Below are positions 9,589 to 18,704 of a stretch of DNA of 59,883 nucleotides, piece by piece. The stretch is taken from positions 1 to 59,883 of the forward strand of contig JACOXW010000013.1 of assembly GCA_016182205.1 (NCBI GenBank). Direction: 5' to 3'. The notes beneath the pieces were generated by a model, which saw nothing but the letters and a program-made list of their open reading frames with translations, searched no databases and was not told the origin of the DNA. The translations under genes and the position numbers were made by a program. The first letter of the stretch is position 1, and each line of letters begins with the position of its first letter. This DNA is from Candidatus Levyibacteriota bacterium. GTDB lineage: Bacteria; Patescibacteriota; Microgenomatia; Levybacterales; UBA12049.

Positions 9589-9924
9589 ATGGACGAGAAA
9601 CAACAGGAATTACAGATTGAAGATCTTAATGTCGGAAAAGGACAGGAAGTAAAAGAAGGAGATACGGTAGTTATGCATTACAAAGGTTATTTGGAAGACG
9701 GAACTCCTTTTGATTCCTCATATGATCGAAAAGAACCCTTTGAAACCAAAATCGGTGTAGGCTATGTCATAAAAGGCTGGGATATGGGGGTACCGGGAAT
9801 GAAAGTCGGCGGCAAAAGAAAATTGACCATTCCTTACCGTTTTGGTTACGGAAAATATGGAACGGGAAATATACCTGGTTTTGCAACACTGATATTTGAG
9901 GTGGAGCTTCTTAAAATTCTTTAA
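9589..9924 (+). CDS. FKBP-type peptidyl-prolyl cis-trans isomerase
   Basis: GDTVVMHYKGYLEDGTPFDSS...GVGYVIKGWDMGVPGMKVGGKRKLTIP...LIFEVELL is a canonical FKBP_C domain. Confidence 0.9.
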   Translation: MDEKQQELQIEDLNVGKGQEVKEGDTVVMHYKGYLEDGTPFDSSYDRKEPFETKIGVGYVIKGWDMGVPGMKVGGKRKLTIPYRFGYGKYGTGNIPGFATLIFEVELLKIL

Positions 9925-9937
9925 AGACCCCACAAAG

Positions 9938-10330
9938 CTAGACTTTTTTCCAGACGCCATAGTAGCCAAATCCTCCTGCCAAAAGCCCATGCAAAAATAC
10001 ATCTACAAATATCATGTTATTTAACGCATGTATCTGATAACTCCAGAGGCCCAAAACTAAAGCTGCAAGGTGAATGCAAAATGCACCAAAGCTTAAAGTA
10101 TAAAGAATGGGTCGATCTTTTACGTTTCTTGTCGCCCAGTAAATATATGATGTTCCCAAAAGTGTGACACCCAGAAGCTGAGCAACAAAAATTCCCGCCG
10201 TATTTAACTCAGGCCCATATGGTGCCATTAACGCAGCAGGCATTACTACCAGTCCGAATCCGCCAAACCCGGCAAATATCGCGTTGATAAGAAATACTGT
10301 TGAAAGTTTCACAATCTCACCCCCTCTCAA
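9938..10330 (-). CDS. hypothetical 4-TM membrane protein
   Basis: 130-aa hydrophobic ORF with host-like composition. Confidence 0.45.
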   Translation of the reverse strand: MRGGEIVKLSTVFLINAIFAGFGGFGLVVMPAALMAPYGPELNTAGIFVAQLLGVTLLGTSYIYWATRNVKDRPILYTLSFGAFCIHLAALVLGLWSYQIHALNNMIFVDVFLHGLLAGGFGYYGVWKKV

Positions 10331-10748
10331 TCATTTTTACCTCGTAGATCTCCCATGGATTTTTGTTAAGATCAGAATATCGAATCCAAGTCGGAACTAC
10401 TTTAAAATATGTCATTCCTTCTTTCGTTTCCCACCTTTGCGCCTCTGGGTTTTTCTCAAAATATATTTTCTTATAGTCCTCTTTTTCTTTTCCTTCCAAT
10501 TCGTAGGCTTTCCCTTCATACTGAACAGTAATATCTTCATCCCACCCGATAACCAACGAAACATTATTATTATGTTTGATGTTTTTGTACTTTCTTGATG
10601 AGGAAAAGGTGTCAAAGATAATCTTAAGAGTTTGCGTCTGCCCGAATTCCAAAACCGCGGATTGTGAAGTATTTTTAGGAGTTACTGTAGATAAAACCGC
10701 AAGCTTTTGCTTTTTAATGAATTCCAGAATTATCGCCTTCTGATCCAT
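10317..10748 (-). CDS. pyridoxamine 5'-phosphate oxidase-like FMN-binding split-barrel protein
   Basis: The size and the pattern KLAVLSTV...AVLEF...VSLVIGWDE...VQYEG are typical of the PNPOx-like family. Confidence 0.65.
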   Translation of the reverse strand: MDQKAIILEFIKKQKLAVLSTVTPKNTSQSAVLEFGQTQTLKIIFDTFSSSRKYKNIKHNNNVSLVIGWDEDITVQYEGKAYELEGKEKEDYKKIYFEKNPEAQRWETKEGMTYFKVVPTWIRYSDLNKNPWEIYEVKMIERG

Positions 10749-10769
10749 ACGATGATTATAGCAAAAAAC

Positions 10770-10802
10770 TTAATTCCTCTGCCTTAGAAATGCGGGGATA
10801 TC
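10770..10802 (-). repeat. orphan copy of the ftsZ 3' end (encodes [10 protein letters not shown]-stop, preceded by a stop codon)
   Basis: 26/33 nt identical to 11449-11481, the real ftsZ end. Same reading frame. Six of the 7 differences do not change the amino acid or stop. Confidence 0.75.
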
Positions 10803-10831
10803 TTAGATAAGTCTAGTTTTATAATCTCGGT

Positions 10832-10860
10832 TTGCTTAAAAAGTTAAATGTTTGTATAAT
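10832..10860 (+). promoter_or_regulatory. sigma70-like promoter TTGCTT-N17-TATAAT driving the TA cassette (leaderless)
   Basis: -35 at 10832-10837 and -10 at 10855-10860. ATG at 10867, 6 nt after the -10. No SD. Confidence 0.5.
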
Positions 10861-10866
10861 TGATAT

Positions 10867-10992
10867 ATGACAAATGTAGCAGTTAAAAAATACGAAAAAA
10901 ATAACCCTAAGAAAGCTAAAATAATTAAGAAGGCAGTAAATAAAGGTGTAAAACAATATGAAGAAACCTTCAGAAGACTTGCCGCAGCCTAA
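10867..10992 (+). CDS. putative antitoxin (41 aa, below the ORF-track cutoff)
   Basis: Hand translation: [41 protein letters not shown]-stop. Lies immediately upstream of and overlapping the Doc-family ORF. A consensus promoter is placed for leaderless initiation. Confidence 0.5.
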   Translation: MTNVAVKKYEKNNPKKAKIIKKAVNKGVKQYEETFRRLAAA

Positions 10993-11452
10993 GTGGTTAA
11001 AAATAGATGATTTTGAGTTTATCTGTTTTAATCTTGCTAGAGAATTAATGTCGTTTGGCGAACCAATTCCTGACTACTCAACTAGAGATAACTCACTATT
11101 GGAATCATCACTCGCTGCTCCAAGAAATACATTCTATAATACCGATAATCCAACATTAGTCGATTTAACGGCAGTTTTATTTTATTCATTGATAAAAAAT
11201 CATCCTTTTGCTAATGGTAATAAGAGAATTGCCGTAATGACAATATTAATCTTTCTTCGATTAAATGATAAGTGGCTTGATATTGCCCCAATCCTCCTAT
11301 ATCAATTGGCTGTGACAACTGCCAATTCTTTACCAAACGAAAGAGATAAAGTTTTAAATGAATTTAAAAGAATGTTTTATGACTATATTGTGGATTATGA
11401 GGAATTTGAAAGTAAAATGGAAGAGATATCAAAAAAATTAGATAATAACTAG
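10958..11452 (+). CDS. doc: Doc (death-on-curing) / Fic family toxin
   Basis: Doc-type Fic motif [11 protein letters not shown] (H-x-F-x-[DN]-[AG]-N-K-R). About 160 aa. The true start may be downstream of 10958. The stop overlaps the ftsZ stop in the palindrome CTAG (11449-11452). Confidence 0.85.
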   Translation: MKKPSEDLPQPKWLKIDDFEFICFNLARELMSFGEPIPDYSTRDNSLLESSLAAPRNTFYNTDNPTLVDLTAVLFYSLIKNHPFANGNKRIAVMTILIFLRLNDKWLDIAPILLYQLAVTTANSLPNERDKVLNEFKRMFYDYIVDYEEFESKMEEISKKLDNN

Positions 11453-11481
11453 TTCCTCTGTCGTAAGAATGCGGGGATTTC
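11449..11481 (-). repeat. functional ftsZ 3' end ([10 protein letters not shown]-stop), partner of repeat 10770-10802
   Basis: See 10770-10802. The two copies are direct repeats flanking the TA cassette. Confidence 0.75.
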
Positions 11482-12564
11482 AAATACATCTTCGTCCGGT
11501 TCTTCCTGCTTTTCTGGTGTTGCGGTTGGTTGAGAAACCGGTGTTGTACCCGCCTGTTGCTGAGGCTGGGGTTTTGGAAGAGGTGTTACAAACTCTCTGA
11601 GTTTTTGTTTGGTCTGATCAAATCCTGTTGCGATAACAGTTATCTTCATTTGATCACGCATAGTCTCATCGATGGTCGCGCCGAAAATAATATTTGCGTC
11701 CGGATCGGCAGCACCCGAGATGATTTTTGATGCTTCATCCACTTCACTCATGGTCAGATCAAGTCCTCCCATGATATTGAAAAGCACTCCCCGCGCGCCT
11801 TCCATGGAAATTTCCAAAAGCGGTGATGCGATAGCAGCTCTGGCGGCAGTCTGGGCTCTGTTTTCACCAACTCCTACTCCTATACCCATTAGCGCTGACC
11901 CAGCATTCGTCATGATAGAGCGAACGTCTGCAAAATCGACATTGATAAGTCCCGGCATGGTAATAAGATCTGAAATGCCTTGCACCCCTTGAGAAAGTAC
12001 CGAGTCTGCTACTTTGAATGCTTCAAGAAGTGACAGCTTTTTATCTACCACGTCCAAAATTCTCTGATTTGGAATGACGATGAGTGTATCGACTTTGTCC
12101 CGAAGATTCTCAATTCCGTCTTCTGCTGCTACCATCCTTCGAGTTCCTTCAAATGAAAACGGTTTGGTAACAACTGCTATGGTTAAAGCTCCTACTTCTT
12201 TGGCGATACGCGCAATCACAGGTGTCGCGCCGGTACCTGTACCGCCGCCCATCCCGGCAGCAAGAAACACCATGTCAGATCCTTCAAGCATGTTTTTAAT
12301 TTTTTCTCCAGATTCTTCAGCTGCTTGTCTTCCCATATCAGGATCTCCGCCTGACCCAAGCCCTTTGGTGAGGTTTTCTCCAATCTGCACCTTAGTTGCG
12401 GCATGACCCAAAATCAATGCTTGCGCGTCAGTATTTACTGCGACGAAATCAACTCCCTGAATTTGACTTTGGGTAATCATGGAATTTAGGGCGTTATTTC
12501 CTCCTCCTCCAACACCCATCACGCGGATTTTTGCAATGCTGGTTGTTTGCGGTTTTATAAGCAT
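11449..12564 (-). CDS. ftsZ: cell division protein FtsZ
   Basis: Tubulin signature [20 protein letters not shown], and C-terminal FtsA-binding peptide EIPAFLRQ. Confidence 0.97.
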   Translation of the reverse strand: MLIKPQTTSIAKIRVMGVGGGGNNALNSMITQSQIQGVDFVAVNTDAQALILGHAATKVQIGENLTKGLGSGGDPDMGRQAAEESGEKIKNMLEGSDMVFLAAGMGGGTGTGATPVIARIAKEVGALTIAVVTKPFSFEGTRRMVAAEDGIENLRDKVDTLIVIPNQRILDVVDKKLSLLEAFKVADSVLSQGVQGISDLITMPGLINVDFADVRSIMTNAGSALMGIGVGVGENRAQTAARAAIASPLLEISMEGARGVLFNIMGGLDLTMSEVDEASKIISGAADPDANIIFGATIDETMRDQMKITVIATGFDQTKQKLREFVTPLPKPQPQQQAGTTPVSQPTATPEKQEEPDEDVFEIPAFLRQRN

Positions 12565-12631
12565 ATGAGGTTATTTCCGGTATCGTAACAGATAGCTTAT
12601 AATTTTGCAAGCTATGGCAAAGTCCATAGTT

Positions 12632-14026
12632 CTACGGGATAAACGATTTTATAAATGAAAGAATTTTTGAGGGTAAATTTCCCATTTTCATATTTTTGGG
12701 AAGCCCCGGTAACGAAAACCCAAACGGTGCCCCAACCGGAGAAGACTCCGATTTTTCTCCATACATGGCAAGACCCACAACAGCACCAAATGCCGGATCT
12801 TGTATTTCATCAATAATGCCTTTAATCTTTTGTGGATACCCAACTCTTACAGGCATCGCAAGTGTTCTTTTGGCTGCATCCTGTATCCCGACTGTCTTTG
12901 CTCCACCTCCGCATATAACAAGTCCGGCAGGTGTTTGACCGGCATAACCGCTTTTTTTCACTTCCAGTCCTACCATTGTAAATATCTCATTCAGACGCGG
13001 CCTTATGATTCCATCCACCAATGTTTTTTTGGAAACCTTCCGAACTTCCTCGGGAAGTCCTAAGAAACTTAAGTCTACTTCATCAGTTTTACTCGCCATT
13101 GCCTCGACTGCTTTCTCGTTTCCCGCTTCATGTAATCCTGAAACTTCTTCAGGATTAAGTTGCCTTCTGGCTGTCGCGTTGGAAAGGAATAATTTTATCT
13201 TTTCAGCAGATTCCAAAGAGATTCGAAGACCGATAGCCAAATCATTGGTAATATGACGGGCACCGATAGGGAGGACGCAGGAGTAAGCCACAGATCCTTC
13301 TACATATACTGATATATCGGTAGTACCAGCTCCTATGTCTACCAGGACCACACCTAGTTCCTTCTCGGTATCGGAAAGAACCGACATACTACTTCCGTAG
13401 CCTGAAAAAACAATACTTTCAACATCCACTCCTACTTCGGAAAGAGCCTTCTCAAGGTTTTTCACAGATGTTGTATTCGCAGTGATAATATGGGTATCTA
13501 CCTCAAGTCTAACTCCTGTCATGCCGATCGGATCTCTTATGCCCTCCTGTCCGTCTACAGTGTAATTTCTGGGCAACACATGAATAACTTCACGGGTAGA
13601 GGAAAGTGAGACTGCTTTCGCCGCATCTATTACACGAATAAGGTCTGTTGCGTTTATCTCTCCATCCGCAGATGATACAGCTACTACTCCTTTGGAATTA
13701 AGACTTTCAATATGCCCACCGCCTATAGAAACGATAACGCGAGAAGCTGAAAAGCCTGCCATACGTTCGGCTGCTTCCAGTGAGGCGTTGATAGCGGAAA
13801 CCGCATCTTCTATATCAACAATCTGTCCTTTCCGTACTCCTTGCGATTTCACTTCCGATACACCAAGGACGTTGATATATTCGTTTACTTTCGCAATGAG
13901 GGTAACGACTTTTGAGGTTCCAATATCAATACAAACAATAATTTTACCATCGCTTGAGCGAGTTGCATTGTTCATATACACACCATTGTACACCATAATC
14001 GTAATTGTGTCTCTATTTGAACACAA
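12632..14026 (-). CDS. ftsA: cell division protein FtsA
   Basis: Actin-fold phosphate motifs CIDIGTSKV and DIGAGTTDISV. Position upstream of ftsZ. The real start is probably the internal Met at about 13975 (MNNATRSS...). Confidence 0.93.
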   Translation of the reverse strand: MCSNRDTITIMVYNGVYMNNATRSSDGKIIVCIDIGTSKVVTLIAKVNEYINVLGVSEVKSQGVRKGQIVDIEDAVSAINASLEAAERMAGFSASRVIVSIGGGHIESLNSKGVVAVSSADGEINATDLIRVIDAAKAVSLSSTREVIHVLPRNYTVDGQEGIRDPIGMTGVRLEVDTHIITANTTSVKNLEKALSEVGVDVESIVFSGYGSSMSVLSDTEKELGVVLVDIGAGTTDISVYVEGSVAYSCVLPIGARHITNDLAIGLRISLESAEKIKLFLSNATARRQLNPEEVSGLHEAGNEKAVEAMASKTDEVDLSFLGLPEEVRKVSKKTLVDGIIRPRLNEIFTMVGLEVKKSGYAGQTPAGLVICGGGAKTVGIQDAAKRTLAMPVRVGYPQKIKGIIDEIQDPAFGAVVGLAMYGEKSESSPVGAPFGFSLPGLPKNMKMGNLPSKILSFIKSFIP

Positions 14027-14447
14027 TTACGGGTCTTTCAAATCGTAAATCAATTTGAGAAAATTTCTTTCCCTCTATTGTAAAACGCGATAGCATAAGT
14101 TGTAAAGAGGACACCTGTATATCCACCGGCTTAGTTGCTGAAAAAATTACATGCGCTCCTTCAGACAGAGTTACCTCAAATGATGTGGTATCTCTAAGCG
14201 AAACAGAAGCCGAAGCAATTCCTGCCTTCTCCAAAAGCAGACTCAGTTTTTTTGCCTCTGATGCCTGGCTCACCAATGAGGATTTAAGAGACTTTGGGAG
14301 CGGACTTATAAGCGAGGCAGTTCCATAATACCGGAAAAGAAAATAACCTGCAGTTATTAGAAGAGGGAGGAAAAAAATTCCAGCATATACTACTGTTTTT
14401 CTCCTGCTGTGTGCTTTTTTACGTTTTCTTCTGGCAGATTCATGCAT
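14013..14447 (-). CDS. FtsQ/DivIB-like short bitopic protein
   Basis: Basic N-terminus plus one TM helix plus a small beta-rich domain ending IDLRFERPVIVFK. Occupies the murG-ftsA position that ftsQ holds in dcw clusters. Confidence 0.5.
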   Translation of the reverse strand: MHESARRKRKKAHSRRKTVVYAGIFFLPLLITAGYFLFRYYGTASLISPLPKSLKSSLVSQASEAKKLSLLLEKAGIASASVSLRDTTSFEVTLSEGAHVIFSATKPVDIQVSSLQLMLSRFTIEGKKFSQIDLRFERPVIVFK

Positions 14448-15568
14448 TAGTTTACTACTTCCTGGATTACAGAAAGAATTTTCAAAGCAGCGTCTTTTTG
14501 CATATGAATTTTTACTTCTTCTGCATGCTTTTCATATTCCTTGCTGTTTTTAAGCATGCTTAAGACAGCATCACAAAGAAGGTCCGGTGTTAAACTATTC
14601 TGATTATAAATCTGCGAAAGTCCGAGATTTTTTAAAAATTCCGCATTAGTCTTTTGCTCATTATTTTGAGAAAACGGTAACGGTATAAGTAGCGCAGGTT
14701 TTCCGAACGCAATCAGTTCGGTAATAGTCCCTATTCCTGCCCTTGCCACCACAAGTGAAGCACCAGCCAAAATCTCACCTATTTTATCTTCTGGAATAAA
14801 TTTTTCTATCGTGTATTTCTCCTGCAGACTTTGGGGTAATGTATTTTTTAATGATTGCAGGTGCTCGTAGTCATTGTACTCTTTCGCATCTCCTGTCTGA
14901 TGGATGATGGGAATAGCTCTGAGTAAACGTTCCAAACACCCCTCTATCAATACATTTATCGCATGCGACCCTACGCTTCCGCCTGTAATGAAAAGATAAG
15001 ATTTATGTATCTTCTTTTTCTGCCTATAAAGGAAAAGCGATTTTCTGATAGGATTTCCTGTTACTACAGTTTTTCCTTCGGGAAAGAAAGGAAGCGATTC
15101 TTCCCACGAAACACAAATCCTTCTGGCAAAGCGGGAAGCAATTTTATTTGCAAGTCCCACGCCGAGTGTTTGTTCATGGATAACAACAGGAATCCGAAGA
15201 ATGTATGCTGCAGTAACGACCGGAAGACTAATATAACCGCCGAAAGAAACGACAACATCAGGCTTAAATGCTAGTAAAATCTTCAGTCCTTGGAAAAGCC
15301 CGACCGGTAATTTTATAAGAGATGAAAGCGTATGCCGTGTCCACCGCCGCTGTAATCTACCTGTAGTGATACTTTCAAACGGAATACCGCGTGCTTTTGC
15401 AGTTTGATATTCAAGCGATAATGCACTATCGCCTTCTAATCCATGTTTTCTTCCTACAAAAAGTAAGGCGGTCTCCTTAGGAAGTACTTCACAAACGGCA
15501 AGAGCCGGAGCGAAATGCCCTCCCCCTGCTCCTGTCATGACAATCCGAAGAGATCGAGTATCATCCAT
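14447..15568 (-). CDS. murG: UDP-GlcNAc:lipid I GlcNAc transferase MurG
   Basis: GT28 pattern TGAGGGHFAPALAV and C-terminal ARAGIGTITELIAFGKPALLIP. dcw context. Confidence 0.93.
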   Translation of the reverse strand: MDDTRSLRIVMTGAGGGHFAPALAVCEVLPKETALLFVGRKHGLEGDSALSLEYQTAKARGIPFESITTGRLQRRWTRHTLSSLIKLPVGLFQGLKILLAFKPDVVVSFGGYISLPVVTAAYILRIPVVIHEQTLGVGLANKIASRFARRICVSWEESLPFFPEGKTVVTGNPIRKSLFLYRQKKKIHKSYLFITGGSVGSHAINVLIEGCLERLLRAIPIIHQTGDAKEYNDYEHLQSLKNTLPQSLQEKYTIEKFIPEDKIGEILAGASLVVARAGIGTITELIAFGKPALLIPLPFSQNNEQKTNAEFLKNLGLSQIYNQNSLTPDLLCDAVLSMLKNSKEYEKHAEEVKIHMQKDAALKILSVIQEVVN

Positions 15569-16625
15569 GTTTTGATATATTCAATAGTATACCAATAGAG
15601 CACATATCTACAACAAGAGCCGATCCTCCGTAGGAAATAAAAGGTAACGGAACACCGGTTAATGGCAGCAATGCTGTCTGCGCACCTAGGTTAATAAGGA
15701 TTTGTGCACCCAGGAATATGGTAATGCCTCCTGCTAAAAGTTTTCCAAAGGTGTCTTTCGCACGATTGGCAATTAAAAACCCCCGCCAAATAATAATCAT
15801 GTATATAATAATTAAAATACCCGCTCCGATGAATCCGAATTCTTCCGCAATTATCGCAAAGATCGAATCGGTGGTATTTTCCGGAAGGTAGGCATATTTT
15901 TGCAGTGAATTACCGATTCCGACTCCGCTTAACCCTCCCATGCCAAGTGCTATCAGAATTTGCTTAACATGATAAGATGTAGATTCAATCGATTGATTAA
16001 AATTAAGAAAAGTAGCAAGTCTCTGAGCCCGGTATGGCTCGAATTTTATCAGCAGGTACCCCAGCGCACCGATAACCGGTATGGCAAGTAAAAAATGTGT
16101 AATACTACCACCTGAAAGAAAATATACACCTAAAGCCTCAGCAAGAATAATACTTGCCGTTCCCATGTCAGGCTCAAACATTACTAAAAGCATGATTAGT
16201 CCCAATAGGAGACTAAATGCGGTAAATCGCCCACGCTCTTTGTTGGAAAACCATGCAGAGAGATAGACTGCAAGGCTCAGCTTTACAAATTCTGCGGGCT
16301 GTAACACAAAAAGACCCAAATTTATCCACCGTCTGGCTCCCAAAACATAGACTCCAATTCCGGGAATAAAGACAAGAAGAAGCAATATTATAGAAACGAT
16401 AAGCATTGGTAATGCCAAGTAATATAATTTCTTGTAGTCAAAGAAACTAAAAAATCCCATCGATAAAATCCCCAACACAATCCATACCGACTGTTCACGC
16501 AAGTAATGATATTTATTTCCGAAATCGCGAAACGCGATATAAGATGACGCATCAAAAATCATAAGAAGCCCGAAAAGTGTAAGGAGAATAGTCAGTATAA
16601 GCAGCAAAACGTCAATACGTTTCAT
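15561..16625 (-). CDS. ftsW: SEDS protein FtsW
   Basis: FEPDMGTA, ENTTDSIFAIIAEEFG and PLPFISYGGSA. Lies between mraY and murG. Confidence 0.9.
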   Translation of the reverse strand: MKRIDVLLLILTILLTLFGLLMIFDASSYIAFRDFGNKYHYLREQSVWIVLGILSMGFFSFFDYKKLYYLALPMLIVSIILLLLVFIPGIGVYVLGARRWINLGLFVLQPAEFVKLSLAVYLSAWFSNKERGRFTAFSLLLGLIMLLVMFEPDMGTASIILAEALGVYFLSGGSITHFLLAIPVIGALGYLLIKFEPYRAQRLATFLNFNQSIESTSYHVKQILIALGMGGLSGVGIGNSLQKYAYLPENTTDSIFAIIAEEFGFIGAGILIIIYMIIIWRGFLIANRAKDTFGKLLAGGITIFLGAQILINLGAQTALLPLTGVPLPFISYGGSALVVDMCSIGILLNISKHG

Positions 16626-17636
16626 TTATATAAAGGCCACATAAAGCCCGAGCACCGCGAAGAAAAAACCTATAAGCCATGCCCTCATGACAATTTTTGG
16701 TTCTTCCCAACCCCGCTGTTGAAGATAAAGGTGTAACGGAGACGCAGGAAGTATTTTTCTTTTTAAAAATTTCTTTCCTAACAGCTGAAGAAGCGACGAT
16801 CCAGCTTCAAGAACAAAAATACCTCCGATGACAGCAAGAGCGATAATTTTTCCTGTTAAAAGCCCTATAACAGCAAGCGACGCCCCAAGCGCCATGGAAC
16901 CTACGTCCCCCAGCCAGATACGTGCTTTAAATATGTTAAAGTACAAAAACGCTGCCACACTTCCCATAAGAAGCGCAATAAATACTCCCAAAGATAAATC
17001 TAGTTGCCGTGCGGTAATAGTGAGTACCAAAAATGAAGCAAGACAAATAAGTAAAAGGCCTGATGCTAATCCATCAAGCCCGTCTGTGATATTAAAAGCA
17101 TTTGTAAACGAAACTATGACAAAGGCCGCAAAAGGAATATATAAATATCCCATGCTTGCCAATCCGAATCCATGAATAAAAATAAATGTATACCCCAACT
17201 TGTAGTAAATAACACTGGCGATGACAAAAGCTAACACCCACTGAATAACAAATTTATGTCGGAATCTAAGACCGAAGAATGAGTCCTTTTGACTCACCAG
17301 TTTTTTCGCATCATCGTATAGTCCCAACAGTCCGAAACCGATAAAAGTAAAAAGAATGACAAAAAATTCCCACGGTTTTACATCGATGCTTAAAATTCCA
17401 TATGCCCACATGGTAAGAACCGTCACCACAATAACAATCAGAATTCCGCCTCCGAAAGGCGTTCCTGTTTTCCACGAATTAAATTTATCAAAAATCGGCG
17501 TACGCTGATTGAAAACATCTTTTGTTTTCTGATATGCACGCCTGAATTTAATCCTATATAAAAAATCAATAAATGGTACTAAAAGAATGGCAGTAATAAA
17601 AAAAGACAAGATTGTAAGACCCAATACTTGCGCCAT
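16626..17636 (-). CDS. mraY: phospho-N-acetylmuramoyl-pentapeptide transferase MraY
   Basis: NAFNITDGLDGLA motif. 10-TM profile. dcw context. Confidence 0.95.
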   Translation of the reverse strand: MAQVLGLTILSFFITAILLVPFIDFLYRIKFRRAYQKTKDVFNQRTPIFDKFNSWKTGTPFGGGILIVIVVTVLTMWAYGILSIDVKPWEFFVILFTFIGFGLLGLYDDAKKLVSQKDSFFGLRFRHKFVIQWVLAFVIASVIYYKLGYTFIFIHGFGLASMGYLYIPFAAFVIVSFTNAFNITDGLDGLASGLLLICLASFLVLTITARQLDLSLGVFIALLMGSVAAFLYFNIFKARIWLGDVGSMALGASLAVIGLLTGKIIALAVIGGIFVLEAGSSLLQLLGKKFLKRKILPASPLHLYLQQRGWEEPKIVMRAWLIGFFFAVLGLYVAFI

Positions 17637-17681
17637 AGAATTTCATTATACTCTTATTTTCAAAAAGCTTCAAACGTGAGG

Positions 17682-18704
17682 CTAATAACCTCTGCGTATT
17701 CGCCAAAGAGTTTCAATCATATGTGTTTTCCAGTAACTTGTGCTCAAGGGTAAATCCTGGGCATGGATATAATTTACCCGTTTCCCTCCAAATCCGGTTT
17801 TAAACATAGTCAATCCCTGCCAGGGATGTTTTGGTTTATTCTCTGGTACTACTCCCCAGAAATTATATTCACTCATGCCTCGTCTTTTTGCCTCTTGGAT
17901 AATTTCCCACTGCAAAAGATAGGGAGCTGGAATATCACGATAAATATCGTCAGATGCTGCATGGTGATAAACTGCCTGTTTTCCATAAAAAATAACCAAC
18001 GCCCCCGCTATAATTTTTTTTTCGTATTTTGCCAGAAAAAGAAGTGCCTGATTATCTGCTCCGAAAATAGCCAGTTCCTCCTTCATTCCTCTATGCGGAA
18101 CAAACTTATGCCGTTTTGATGTAATCCTATACAGGTTTAGAAAAGCTGAGAGGTCGGGGTCACTTACTGTTTTTGTTATCTCAATCGGCATATTTTTGGC
18201 TTTTCTGACAAGATAACGTGTGGACTTTCTCATGTTTGAAAATAACGTCTCGTCTGACTCTGTAACATCAAGTACCAGACTGTTCTCAGCATCCATATTG
18301 TGCACCGGGGCATTACGCAACCCGTGTTTTTTCAAAAGTGCAATTGAAACTTCATCCGGCTCAAGTTGCGGAGACAAACGAATAAAATCTACTCTCAATC
18401 GTTTTGCAATCGGTGTAATTTGAGAAAGAAATGAGTCAAACTGATTTGGGAAATCAGAAAGTAGAGGCCCGTGACGCAAATGCAAATAACATCCCCGGCG
18501 CGCTCGTACTACTACAGCAAGACAGACACCTAAAAGGTCTTTCTTTTTATAGAAACCAAAACGATGTATTTCATGTCCCAGTGCTTTTTGTACTTGTCCC
18601 CAACTCCAAGATTGAAAAAAGGGGTGTGTCGGCACCTTTTCACTCAGCAAAAAATTCTCCCAGGTGTTTTTATCCGTTATCTCTTCAATCCTATACATAA
18701 GCAT
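17682..18704 (-). CDS. FemABX-family peptidoglycan aminoacyl (bridge-forming) transferase
   Basis: Approximately 340 aa. Pattern FFQSWSWG...RGPL...YHHAAS...APYLLQWEIIQEAKRRG...YNFWG is typical of FemX/lipid II peptidyltransferases. Confidence 0.8.
   Translation of the reverse strand: MLMYRIEEITDKNTWENFLLSEKVPTHPFFQSWSWGQVQKALGHEIHRFGFYKKKDLLGVCLAVVVRARRGCYLHLRHGPLLSDFPNQFDSFLSQITPIAKRLRVDFIRLSPQLEPDEVSIALLKKHGLRNAPVHNMDAENSLVLDVTESDETLFSNMRKSTRYLVRKAKNMPIEITKTVSDPDLSAFLNLYRITSKRHKFVPHRGMKEELAIFGADNQALLFLAKYEKKIIAGALVIFYGKQAVYHHAASDDIYRDIPAPYLLQWEIIQEAKRRGMSEYNFWGVVPENKPKHPWQGLTMFKTGFGGKRVNYIHAQDLPLSTSYWKTHMIETLWRIRRGY

Noticed and set aside
12565-12631. Hairpin ATAGCTT-N10-AAGCTAT between ftsA and ftsZ, considered as a regulatory element.
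   Set aside because: It is a 7-bp AT-rich stem with a large loop in AT-rich DNA. It cannot be distinguished from chance without conservation data.
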